The position numbers and the translations under genes were made by a program. From IMG/VR virus record IMGVR_UViG_2044078006_000016, positions 762 through 64,761 of that record: a DNA stretch of 64,000 nt; one strand, written 5' to 3'. This document shows, piece by piece, positions 46,515 through 55,575 of the stretch (position 1 is its first letter; every line of letters begins with the position of its first letter). The notes below the pieces were generated by a model. That model did no database searches. It had not been told where the DNA came from and was given only the letters and a program-made list of their open reading frames with translations. The DNA comes from a virus.

Positions 46515-46955
46515 ATGAGTGTGACAAAAAATTGGCTGAGTCTGTCCTTTGCGCTTTTGTGGCGCGCGTTTCTATTGTTCCAAATTTTCGGTTTGGTATT
46601 TGGTGTACTGCTTGGAAAACTCCTACTGCCTAGCTCATTCGTCATATTGATTAAGCCTACAATTTTGTACGGATCATTAGCTCTGGTAGTAGTTATAGCT
46701 GAAGCCGGTTTCAAGCTCAATCTACTTCAATGCATTTTCGGAAAACGTTTAAATCTGTCAAAACCACAATGGCGCATGTGTGCACTTTCACTGGCGTTGC
46801 TTTTCGCAACTATGGCAGTGTTGAACGTTGCGGTCGCTTTTTCCACGCCATTTGATTTGTGGCTTCACTACAAAGTTTTCGGCAGTCCGGTGATATTTGT
46901 GGCTGGCATATTCGCTATTTCTTGGATTGCCATCAGCAAGACCAGCATTCACTAG
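46515..46955 (+). CDS. YciB/IspA-like inner-membrane protein (divergent, short)
   Basis: KPTILY...LLQ.IFGK.L.L....W......LN..VAF......W...KVFG matches the YciB core; AT-rich. Confidence 0.7.
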   Translation: MSVTKNWLSLSFALLWRAFLLFQIFGLVFGVLLGKLLLPSSFVILIKPTILYGSLALVVVIAEAGFKLNLLQCIFGKRLNLSKPQWRMCALSLALLFATMAVLNVAVAFSTPFDLWLHYKVFGSPVIFVAGIFAISWIAISKTSIH

Positions 46956-47177
46956 TAATAGCACCTCCCCTAGTGGTGGCTGACTGCTCTGAACAGGGCC
47001 TCAGCTCCACCATTCCTACAGCAATGCATTGAGGACTCCCTGTCCTCTCATATCAATCCGATTTTTCGGATTCCCACCTCTACCCGTCAGCACTCCTCCC
47101 CCGCGCCCATCGGCAACCAGCGGGAGGCATGAGTGTTGACGAATACAGGTGAACAACCCGCCACCTTGGAGGTGACC

Positions 47178-47444
47178 ATGCACCACAGCATCCAATCACG
47201 CCGCGAAATTGTCGACGGTTTGCGTCAGCGCTCTCGCATCGCCACTGCCGACTTCTACCGGCTGATTGGACGGCCGGAGCCCGTGGTCCACTTCAGAATG
47301 ACGGTGAAGCCAGCGGGACGTGACTTCTTCCATGTGGTTGATACCCGGACCGACAAAGTGATGGGGTTCCGCCGCGATCACAACGAAGCCTGCGCGCTCG
47401 CCCGGAGCCTGGAGACTCGCCATGCCAACCAGCTACGCGGATAG
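47178..47444 (+). CDS. Early-left hypothetical (FHVVD..T.KV.GFR)
   Basis: GGAGG SD; paralogous to the truncated frame at 53862..54005. Confidence 0.7.
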   Translation: MHHSIQSRREIVDGLRQRSRIATADFYRLIGRPEPVVHFRMTVKPAGRDFFHVVDTRTDKVMGFRRDHNEACALARSLETRHANQLRG

Positions 47445-47652
47445 CGCCCAGGCCAGGGAATCCGACAGGCGCTGGGATTTACCAAACTTCGGGAAGAAAC
47501 AGCACCTCGACCTGTTCCACGAGTACACGGCTGACGACCTTGCTGAGCGCGAGGAACGGCGAATCAAAGATCGCGCCGGCCTCAAGCTGCGCATAGGTGC
47601 CGCCATGGCTCAGATGGAGCTTATCTGCCCGCCAGTAGGTAGTGTCGAATGA
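47422..47652 (+). CDS. Early-left hypothetical
   Basis: 76 aa in a coupled run. Confidence 0.6.
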   Translation: MPTSYADSAQARESDRRWDLPNFGKKQHLDLFHEYTADDLAEREERRIKDRAGLKLRIGAAMAQMELICPPVGSVE

Positions 47653-47876
47653 ACGTAGCACAGAGAGACCATCAGATAGCCGTGGGCTGGATAGACGCCG
47701 AGATCGAAAACCTTCTCCTCGACGTAGGAAAGCCCAACGCAAGTGCGGCCGCAAGGTCATGCATCACCCTGGCGTTCATGCTGCGTGCCATCGACGAAGC
47801 TGAGCACCGCCATTACCAAGCGTGTATCGACAAGATCTTTGCCGACTACAACACCTCGCGTGCTTCCGCCGCATAA
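47649..47876 (+). CDS. Early-left hypothetical
   Basis: 75 aa, ATGA overlap with the upstream gene. Confidence 0.65.
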   Translation: MNVAQRDHQIAVGWIDAEIENLLLDVGKPNASAAARSCITLAFMLRAIDEAEHRHYQACIDKIFADYNTSRASAA

Positions 47877-47930
47877 CTCCAATCACTCCCACTACTTTCA
47901 ATGCTGCGCCTGGCGCGGCGAGGGATCGTC

Positions 47931-49061
47931 ATGTCCAAAAATACCAACCAAGCACCCGCACAAGAATCGCTTGAAGCGAGCAAAACCGAAGAATCTAAGA
48001 AGTCCATTGCCCCCGCTGTCGCCGTCACCGACATCGCGGAGTATCGGCCGCACGAGGAGCAAATCGTTCGCCTAGAGACAACCTACGGGAAACTGGTGGT
48101 TGACTGCTCGACCAGCGAAGGCTTGGCGAATGCAAAGGAGGTTCGCGTCGATATCCGCGACGTGCGTTATGCCCTGGCCAACACCACCAAAACGGCACTG
48201 GCTCCCTACCAGCAGGCGGTTAAAGACGCCCAGGCTCGAGTCAACCAAGTAAAGGAGTTCGGCGAAACGCTGAAAGATCGAGTCTTGGCAATCGAGACTC
48301 CTGTTGACGAAGCAATCAAGGCCGAAGAAAAACGCGTAGCTGATGCCAAGGCAGAGCGCGAGCGTATCGAAGCGGAGCGTGTCGAAGCCATCCGGGCAAA
48401 GATTACCCGCTTCAGCTCTGTCGCTGCCGCATACGCAAGCCGCAGCGCTACCGACGTCGCAAGCGTTCTTCAGAATGTCAAAGACTCGGTAATTCTTCCC
48501 GAAGAATACGGCGAATTTGAAGCCGAAGGCACCATTGCTCGCGATAACGCCATTGAGCAGCTTGAAACGCTTCACAGGGCTGCAGTTGACCGTGAAGAGG
48601 CTGCCGCCAAGCTGTTGGCTCAGCAGAAAGAGCTCGACGAGCTGCGCGAGAAGCAACGTATCGCCGACGCTGAGGCTGATGAGCTGCGCAGACAGCGCGC
48701 CGAAGAAGACCGTCAGCGCTTGAAGAAACAGCAGGACGAGCTGGACCAGCAGCGCCGTGACATGGAAGCGCAGCAGCGCCAGCAGCGTGAACGTGACGCG
48801 CAGTATCAGCGCGACCAGGAAGAACTGGCCCGTCTGCGCGCCCAGGCTGCTGCGCCCGCTCCAGCAGTAGCTGTCGTTGCGGCCCCAGTGATTACTGACC
48901 CAGCACAAGCGGTTGTAGCGGCAGTTGATCCGGCCCCAGCGGTGGACGAATTCGCTGACTCGAGCATTCCAAGCGCCAGCGAAGTGATCGAGGTCGTAGC
49001 CCTGGCCTTCTGCGTCACCAATGACGAGGCCTCTGCCTGGCTGCGTGCCATGTCGTTCTAA
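47931..49061 (+). CDS. Long coiled-coil protein upstream of the recombinase
   Basis: E/Q/R/A-rich heptads; GAGG SD. Confidence 0.75.
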   Translation: MSKNTNQAPAQESLEASKTEESKKSIAPAVAVTDIAEYRPHEEQIVRLETTYGKLVVDCSTSEGLANAKEVRVDIRDVRYALANTTKTALAPYQQAVKDAQARVNQVKEFGETLKDRVLAIETPVDEAIKAEEKRVADAKAERERIEAERVEAIRAKITRFSSVAAAYASRSATDVASVLQNVKDSVILPEEYGEFEAEGTIARDNAIEQLETLHRAAVDREEAAAKLLAQQKELDELREKQRIADAEADELRRQRAEEDRQRLKKQQDELDQQRRDMEAQQRQQRERDAQYQRDQEELARLRAQAAAPAPAVAVVAAPVITDPAQAVVAAVDPAPAVDEFADSSIPSASEVIEVVALAFCVTNDEASAWLRAMSF

Positions 49062-49116
49062 AGAACCCTGAAGCCACCCCGGAGGCCGACCAAAGTCGTC
49101 GGCTATGGAGTTAGCA

Positions 49117-50096
49117 ATGAACGCCCAAACCCAAATTTCTACCGTACCAATGGACACCAGCCCGACAGGGCTGATCCTCAACCGCGACAGCATGCAGTCG
49201 ATGACTGAGCTCGCGGGCATCATGGCTGGGGGCAAAACCACCCTGCCGAAACACTTTCACGGCAATACTGCCGACTGCATGGCAGTGATCATGCAGTCCA
49301 TGCAGTGGGGAATGAACCCATTCCAAGTCGCGCAGAAGACCTTCATCGTCAACGGTGGCCAACTGAGCTATGAAGCCCAGCTGGTCAACGCGGTCATCAC
49401 GACGCGAGCCCCGACCATTGATCGAATCCATTACGAGTGGTTTGGCGACTGGGACAAGATCATTGGCAATTTCCGCGAGATTGAGAGCAAAAACAAACGG
49501 ATGACCACGGGCAGCCGAAAAAATATCGCGTCCCAAACTGGAACATAAATGACGAGAAAGGGTTGGGCGTCCGCGTTTGGGCTACGTTCGTGGGCGAGGA
49601 TACCCCGCGCGAACTGACCACTTTGATGACTCAGGCACGAACCCGGAACTCGACGCTGTGGGCAGACGATCCGAAGCAGCAGATCGCCTACCTGGCCCTC
49701 AAAAAATGGGCTCGCCTGTACTGCCCTGACGTGATCCTTGGCGTATACACCCGCGAAGAACTGGACGACGGCTATACGCTGCCAGAAACAGACGTCACCC
49801 CGAGATCTACCAGCGAAAAACCTGCTGACGTAGGTGCCGCCTCAGTACCCCAGGGCGATACTACAGAAGCGACTTCCGACCTTTTCGAACAGCTGAAAAA
49901 AATCGCTCAAGAGCAGGGCATTGAAGGCTATGAAAAAGCTTGGAAAGCACTGAAACCACAACAGCGCGGCGCCATTGGCGTGACCCGTCACGGCGAACTG
50001 AAGGCCATTGCACAAACCATCGACGCCGAGTTCACAACTGTCAGTGATAGCGCCGAAGCTGCCGCCGGCGTCGATAGTCAGGACGGTGCTCAATGA
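49117..50096 (+). pseudogene. recT: RecT-family single-strand annealing protein, 1-nt frameshift near 49486-49500
   Basis: C.AVIMQ.MQWGMNPF.VAQKT...YEAQLVNAVI in frame 1; ...ARTRNS.LW..DPKQQ.AYLA.K.WARLYCPDVILGVYT.EE in the -1 frame. Confidence 0.85.
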
Positions 50097-50761
50097 ACGC
50101 CTCTGTAGACCTCCAGCGCACCGAGCAGTGGCATCAGGATCGCAGCGGGCGACTCACCGCCAGCCGATTCAAGGATGTTATTGCATGGGGCGACCGTGAC
50201 AAACACGGCAAACGCAAGCCGCTTGCGGCCCGCACCACCTACATGCGCGAGTTGGCTTTTGAGCGCCTGGCAAACCGATCGAAACATTCGGTCAGCAGCA
50301 AGTCGATGGCCTGGGGAACCGAGGTTGAGCAGTCGAGCCACGACTTCTACGAAATCCTGACTGGTAATAGCGTCATCAAGTCGGGCTTCGTCGTTCATCC
50401 AAAATACGACTGGCTGGGCTGTTCGCCGGACGGCTTGATTGGCGAGGACGGGGGTCTTGAGTCGAAATGCCCATTCAATGAGGCCGTCCACGTCCGCACC
50501 TGGCTCGAAGGCATGCCCGAGGAACATAAGCCGCAGGTTCAGGGCTGCATGTTCGTCACGGGCCGAGAGTGGTGGGATTTCCTATCGTTCGATCCACGCC
50601 AGGATGAAGACTGCCGGCTGTATATCGAGACCATCGAGCGCGATGAGGAGTACATCACGATGCTTCATCAGGAGCTCGTCCAGTTCAATCTGGAGCTTGG
50701 CAGGATGGTTGATGAAGTAGCGGACAAAGCCCGGGCGCAAGCCCATCGCCTAGGAGCCTGA
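50093..50761 (+). CDS. YqaJ/lambda-exonuclease family
   Basis: QW...R.G.LTAS...M.WG.E.E...GCSPDGL...E.KCP...QVQG.M.V. Confidence 0.92.
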   Translation: MNASVDLQRTEQWHQDRSGRLTASRFKDVIAWGDRDKHGKRKPLAARTTYMRELAFERLANRSKHSVSSKSMAWGTEVEQSSHDFYEILTGNSVIKSGFVVHPKYDWLGCSPDGLIGEDGGLESKCPFNEAVHVRTWLEGMPEEHKPQVQGCMFVTGREWWDFLSFDPRQDEDCRLYIETIERDEEYITMLHQELVQFNLELGRMVDEVADKARAQAHRLGA

Positions 50762-50763
50762 TC

Positions 50764-51006
50764 ATGATCAGTAACCTGAAATCAGACATCGAGTTTCGGC
50801 GCGAGAAAGCGCTGGAGCTTTCCAGTCAGGTTTGTCGGCACTTGGCCGCCGGCGGGAAGATCACAATCGGCGAGAGCCCGGCGATCAATCCAGATCCGGC
50901 AAAGCGTTCGGAATTCATCGACCCGACAACCATCCTCAAGCGCCGCAAGCCGCCCATCACGCGGGACGAGCGTAAGGCGCTGCGGAAACTCGCGGAGGCT
51001 TTATGA
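50764..51006 (+). CDS. Early-left hypothetical
   Basis: 80 aa, coupled to its neighbours. Confidence 0.65.
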   Translation: MISNLKSDIEFRREKALELSSQVCRHLAAGGKITIGESPAINPDPAKRSEFIDPTTILKRRKPPITRDERKALRKLAEAL

Positions 51007-51473
51007 GCAAGCGCAAACCCCACAACCTCAAAGCCCGCATTGACCGGTCCTGCCGGGCGCTGCTGGCCGCTAACCACGTCGCAGTGGTGAACATCGATCC
51101 CAGCGGCCGCAAGGGCATGATCAATTACAAGTCGCTCAAGAACATCGCGCCGGGGAAGATCGGCCAGGCCGTTTGCGGTATTCCCCACCGGTGGACGATC
51201 TACATGAGCGCCATGTGCATCGACGCCCGCGGCGACCGATACAGCAAGTCGGTGGAGCTGGCACCGGACGGGGTCTACCTGTCCGACCACCTGGAAGACG
51301 TGATCGAGCATTGCTACAAGAAGCTGCGCGACGAGGCCAATCAAAGCCAGATGGTAGCGTCGGGCTGGATTGCCATTCCTGAAGCGATGTCGCTGGACGA
51401 GGCCCACGCGGCGCGCATCTTCGAAGCAGTCGGCGCCTGGCACCAGGTGAAGGTCGATTCATGCGCCGCATAG
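51003..51473 (+). CDS. Early-left hypothetical
   Basis: 156 aa, ATGA overlap. Confidence 0.7.
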   Translation: MSKRKPHNLKARIDRSCRALLAANHVAVVNIDPSGRKGMINYKSLKNIAPGKIGQAVCGIPHRWTIYMSAMCIDARGDRYSKSVELAPDGVYLSDHLEDVIEHCYKKLRDEANQSQMVASGWIAIPEAMSLDEAHAARIFEAVGAWHQVKVDSCAA

Positions 51474-51542
51474 CCCGCCCCCAGCAACGCAAACGTCAAA
51501 CCTGGCTCGCACTGCCGGCCAGCGGAATAGAAGAGGTAGGCC

Positions 51543-52028
51543 ATGGCAGCCGGACAGAAGGAGCGAACCGCCAAGCTTGCCGAGAAACGGCAGGAGCTGG
51601 GCGAGCAGGAATTGCGGCACACGGTACCGTACGGCACCCGGCAGATGCTCGACGAGTTGATGCTCTGGCATGAGATTGAGGAAATCGGCGAGGCGATGCA
51701 GCTGCTGGTGTTGAATGGCGGGGCCGAAGAACTGCCGCCGGCGCCTCCGAAGATCAAAGGGCCTTCCGACATCATCCGGCATTACTTCCGCCAGGGAATG
51801 CGTGACCGACTGGAAGCGCTCACCTTCGGACTTGGAGAGACGAAAGTTCGAACTACCGTTTGGCGACTGATTGCACATGCCCACTCATTGGGGGCCGAAA
51901 GGTCCGCCTTGTACTTCAAAATTGTGCGCCACGATTTCGAGATATCTGAAAACGTGGCGCACAAACTACTACAGGCCGGATTCGCTGAGTCGCTACAAAG
52001 AAACGCCGAAGACGATGGTGACGATTAG
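51543..52028 (+). CDS. Early-left hypothetical (paralogue of 54398..54763)
   Basis: GAGG SD; basic N-terminal helix; C-terminal SE.V...AG..SL motif. Confidence 0.65.
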   Translation: MAAGQKERTAKLAEKRQELGEQELRHTVPYGTRQMLDELMLWHEIEEIGEAMQLLVLNGGAEELPPAPPKIKGPSDIIRHYFRQGMRDRLEALTFGLGETKVRTTVWRLIAHAHSLGAERSALYFKIVRHDFEISENVAHKLLQAGFAESLQRNAEDDGDD

Positions 52029-52074
52029 CCCACATTACTCACTACAACAGTAAAGGCAGGCGAAAAGCTTTTGC

Positions 52075-52302
52075 TTATACTGAGCGACGACCAGCTCTGA
52101 TAAAGGCGCGGCTCCAGAGCGCCACGACACCGATTATGAACGGTGGCCAGACGATCAAGGCGCCCTCGTGGATGTCGCAGATGTCTTCTAAATCTATTTT
52201 ATTGGAAATACCGAGCGATAGGATCAGGATGCCCAAGACCAGCGCAAGCCAACCAATCATCCGCAACGTTTTCTCCAACAAATCGATTTGCGCTTCGTGC
52301 AT
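52075..52302 (-). CDS. Small 2-TM membrane protein
   Basis: IGWLALVLGILILSLG and LIVWPPFIIGVVALW; start taken at MHEAQ. Confidence 0.55.
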   Translation of the reverse strand: MHEAQIDLLEKTLRMIGWLALVLGILILSLGISNKIDLEDICDIHEGALIVWPPFIIGVVALWSRAFIRAGRRSV

Positions 52303-53184
52303 GCGAATCCTTGGTCTGGTCCTATGCCGGTCATCCGTAATGATCCGTATCAACAATATCATCCCAGCAACGCCCTATCGCGCGATCTATTCTGAATAAT
52401 CGCCAATCTCGTCTGTATATGTCGCCAGATCGACGATCTGCAGCAAACAAATGACGATATCCAGTTTTTATGGTCCTCGGGTAGTCTAATCCATTTGAGC
52501 ATCATTCGAGCATCCTCCTCGATAGCTGCGAGCGCAACAATATCGCTTTGCAGTCTCATGCATGCCTCCTGCCAGGGTGCAATGTACATAGAGACAAATA
52601 GTCCACAAACCTAAATCACGCCAGCTGCGAGGCAGACGAACGCTTGGAGATAACGCATGAGCAACTACATGTAAAGGAACGCCGCATTGCCCTGAGTAGC
52701 CATTGCCATCTACTGGGATGTAAACGTACGCCCTAAAATGCGCAGCTCGCCAATCTGAGTCAAGTCCGCCAAATGGGCTCCGATGATGCCCTCCAGCAGC
52801 TGCGGCTGTCACGTAGGCTTGACGCTCAGCGCCACTAGTGAACTGTGTGTCCGCTAGTGGCGCCTAGAAGAGTACGGATACCGCGCTCCTCTCCAGCGCC
52901 ACGGTTGCCAAGGCACCTCCAAGGAGGGTCGGCCCGAATAGGTTGTCTAGGACGAGCGCCTGAGCGCGCGGTGGCGCGGTGGAAAGAGCATTGCCCCCAA
53001 TATCATCGGTCAGGAGAAGGTATGGGAGCGTCGTACATGAACTCCGACGCACTTTGCGTAAGCAGCGTTTCTCACCTAGAACTGGACGGCGCGATCTATT
53101 TCAACCTGAGTTTCCGGTTTGAGGGTGGCATCGAGCAGATTAAGTGTGCTGCCAAGATCCTCGGCAGCGAGTTTGAAGTAGGGA

Positions 53185-53430
53185 TTATTTAACCGAGCGT
53201 TTCTGGACGAACTGGTCGACGATTTCTCTCCCGCGCAAAGCGGCTGCCGCGAGACTTTTTAACATGGCCTTGTCAGCAAAACAAATTCGCACACCGTCTG
53301 CTGTTAAGACTTCAATCCGCAACTCCGTCAGAACGAGATCGCAATCGGCAACGCAAGCTGAGTCAACCTTGGCCGTCGTGCCATCAGGGTATGCGAGATC
53401 AATAGGCCATTCTCGATCTACTAGAACCAA
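53185..53430 (-). CDS. Small hypothetical moron
   Basis: GAGGGAG SD, 81 aa. Confidence 0.5.
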   Translation of the reverse strand: MVLVDREWPIDLAYPDGTTAKVDSACVADCDLVLTELRIEVLTADGVRICFADKAMLKSLAAAALRGREIVDQFVQKRSVK

Positions 53431-53489
53431 GTCACTCCCCTCAATACGGCCACATGCTGCCCATGCATAATCCTCGTAATATCAAGGAA

Positions 53490-53753
53490 TTACGCCAATT
53501 GAATTTGATCATCTAGCTGATTGTGCTCTACGGCTTCGTGCTGATGACCTCTGAATTCCCATAGGAGCTGAAAGTAGATTAGCGCCGACTCAACGTCGGT
53601 CCGGCTCTCAAACTGCTCTGCATGTTTAGGATCGGCACAAAGACGCCTATTTCCATCACCACTTTTCGCTTCGCTGTAAAACACTTCGCCACTAGGGCTC
53701 GTGATTTTCAAAATCCATCTCATACCACCTCCCCGTTCGTGAGCGTCAGTCAC
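53490..53753 (-). CDS. Small hypothetical moron
   Basis: 87 aa; MRWILKITSP internal start with GGAGG SD. Confidence 0.5.
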   Translation of the reverse strand: MTDAHERGGGMRWILKITSPSGEVFYSEAKSGDGNRRLCADPKHAEQFESRTDVESALIYFQLLWEFRGHQHEAVEHNQLDDQIQLA

Positions 53754-53806
53754 TCATCTCTAACTGCTTCAACAGAGACTAACTTTGGTTAAGCGAGGTT
53801 CCCCCT

Positions 53807-53866
53807 GTGTCCGCACAAAAAAATAAACACTCCTTCGATTTCAAAACCCAACACAGACTCGGGTAA
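53807..53866 (+). pseudogene. N-terminal stub of a prophage C5 cytosine methyltransferase (VSAQKNKHSFDFKTQHRLG*)
   Basis: GAGG SD + GTG; matches the KKHPFDFKTQYGLG N-terminus I recall for Pseudomonas prophage C5-MTases. Confidence 0.6.
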
Positions 53867-54001
53867 GGCCTACCACATCGTGGAGCGCTGCACCGGCAAG
53901 GTGAAGGGCTTCCGCTGGACCTGGAAGGAAGCAAGCAACCTGGCTCAGGCGCTGGAATCGCGAGCCGATGGCGTCAAGGTGACGCTCTCAGGTGGTGCGC
54001 A

Positions 54002-54316
54002 ATGATCGGCGTGCCTATGCCCAACCCGCGCGATTCGATCATCGACAACCTCAACCAGCAGTTGGAGGCGTTCTTCGGCTCCGGCAACAAGGCCCAGGAG
54101 ATCGCGCCGGGCGTCAGCGGCGAGGTGGGCGGGCCAATCAAAAGCACCCGCAGCAACAAGCTGCGTACCGAACGGGACAAGATCGCGCCAAGGCTGAAGC
54201 AACTCGTTGATTCTGGCGCCACGCTTCACCAGGCGTGCCTGGAGGCCGGCGTCGACTACAAGCGAGCCCGCCTCATTGCTCGCGAGAACGGCTTCAAACT
54301 CCCCAGCAATCCATGA
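54002..54316 (+). CDS. Hypothetical with C-terminal HTH-like segment
   Basis: 104 aa; ACLEAGVDYKRARLIARENG. Confidence 0.7.
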   Translation: MIGVPMPNPRDSIIDNLNQQLEAFFGSGNKAQEIAPGVSGEVGGPIKSTRSNKLRTERDKIAPRLKQLVDSGATLHQACLEAGVDYKRARLIARENGFKLPSNP

Positions 54317-54397
54317 AGCGCATCAATAACCAGGTGCGACAACGCCGGCGGCAGGCATGGCTTGATTTGCCAGCACATGAAATCGAAGAGGTAGGCC

Positions 54398-54763
54398 ATG
54401 GCCGAGGAAGAGCAGCAGACGACGGCGGAAGCCTTGAAGCAGCGCCGCAAGCGCGAGAAGGCAGCAGCGAAGGACGCTGCATTGGGCGTCGAGAAGTTTA
54501 CGGTTGAGGTGGTCGGGGTTTTCAAGAGCGATCTTCGCAATGTGATGAAGGCCCACAGCATCAACAATCAGCAGGACATCCACCAGAGGCTCCTTATAAA
54601 CCTGATCGGTGCCGACTTCGAAACTCAGGCGCAGATGCTCAAGTGTGTCACGACACCTTTTGTAGTTAGCGAAAAGGTGTCGCAACTAATTCGGGCAGCC
54701 GGCCTGAAGTCGCTCGCCGATGACCCGCCCGAGCATGAAGACGAAATCGCCATTCCAGAATGA
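54398..54763 (+). CDS. Early-left hypothetical (paralogue of 51543..52028)
   Basis: Same 18-bp leader GAAGAGGTAGGCCATGGC as 51543. Confidence 0.7.
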   Translation: MAEEEQQTTAEALKQRRKREKAAAKDAALGVEKFTVEVVGVFKSDLRNVMKAHSINNQQDIHQRLLINLIGADFETQAQMLKCVTTPFVVSEKVSQLIRAAGLKSLADDPPEHEDEIAIPE

Positions 54764-54765
54764 TT

Positions 54766-55500
54766 TCATGCAGCTGTTTCGTCATCCGAAGCGACTGGGG
54801 CAGCTATCTTTTTAGGTTCAATATGCTTGAAAACCTTCTTTGCGCGATAAGGAATTATGTATGTTCCGATCAGTATATGCTCAATGACCTCAAGGGCTAA
54901 GAGAAGCTGGCTTTTGGAGTGCGCTGTACCCCGATGCGCCGCGTTGTTTCCCAAAACCCGAATTTGGTGGAGCGTTTGGACTCCCTCTTTAGTTACTAGA
55001 GATCGCTCGTGTAGATCGTCGATCTTTTGCTCTAGGTTGCGGCCTTTGGCTTTCACATCAGAACAGATCGTGTCCAATATAGCTCTAATACCGATCCCGC
55101 TAATTATCAGAAGGTCACTATCTAGTGCGCTTCGCGCCTCTTGGTAGATCTCGCCTATGTCCAATGGCAGAGAAGCATGATCTATAATTTTGGAACCCAC
55201 TACTCGACCTGGATAATAGGTAACCGCCGAAATCCAATAGATATCACCTTCGTTATCATGATCCCAATCTTCAGAGTTTGATGACTCAACTCTGAAAGAG
55301 ATTTCTTCACACCCCAGGCACTGGATAATCTGATTGAAAGCGGTCCAGTCAAAAGTATGGCCGCCGCCGTAATCTTCAGAGCCTCTTTCAGTGTAGTTCG
55401 CCACCACCTTGTGGTTCGACTCAAGACAGCACTTCTTGCACGGAAACTTCTGAATTGACTCGTCTAAAGTCATTTCGAATTTTTTAGTAATCGGCGCCAT
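54766..55500 (-). CDS. Zn-ribbon + DUF4145 (HEPN) protein
   Basis: CKKC...CLGC N-terminus; EIY.EA...IRAILD.IC...L..KID.L...IRVLGN.AAH. Confidence 0.85.
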   Translation of the reverse strand: MAPITKKFEMTLDESIQKFPCKKCCLESNHKVVANYTERGSEDYGGGHTFDWTAFNQIIQCLGCEEISFRVESSNSEDWDHDNEGDIYWISAVTYYPGRVVGSKIIDHASLPLDIGEIYQEARSALDSDLLIISGIGIRAILDTICSDVKAKGRNLEQKIDDLHERSLVTKEGVQTLHQIRVLGNNAAHRGTAHSKSQLLLALEVIEHILIGTYIIPYRAKKVFKHIEPKKIAAPVASDDETAA

Positions 55501-55575
55501 CTGCGGTCCCTCGCTGTATTTGAAATACACAAATACCCCATATCAACGAATCACGCCAGCCGACGAGGATCCCCT

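Noticed and set aside
48600-48900. CAG/GAG-rich stretch as a tandem DNA repeat
   Set aside because: Explained by Q/E/R-rich coiled-coil coding; no fixed repeat unit.
49486-49500. Programmed -1 frameshift expressing full-length RecT
   Set aside because: C-AAA-AAC is not a proper X-XXY-YYZ heptamer and RecT is not known to use recoding; a 1-nt deletion is simpler.
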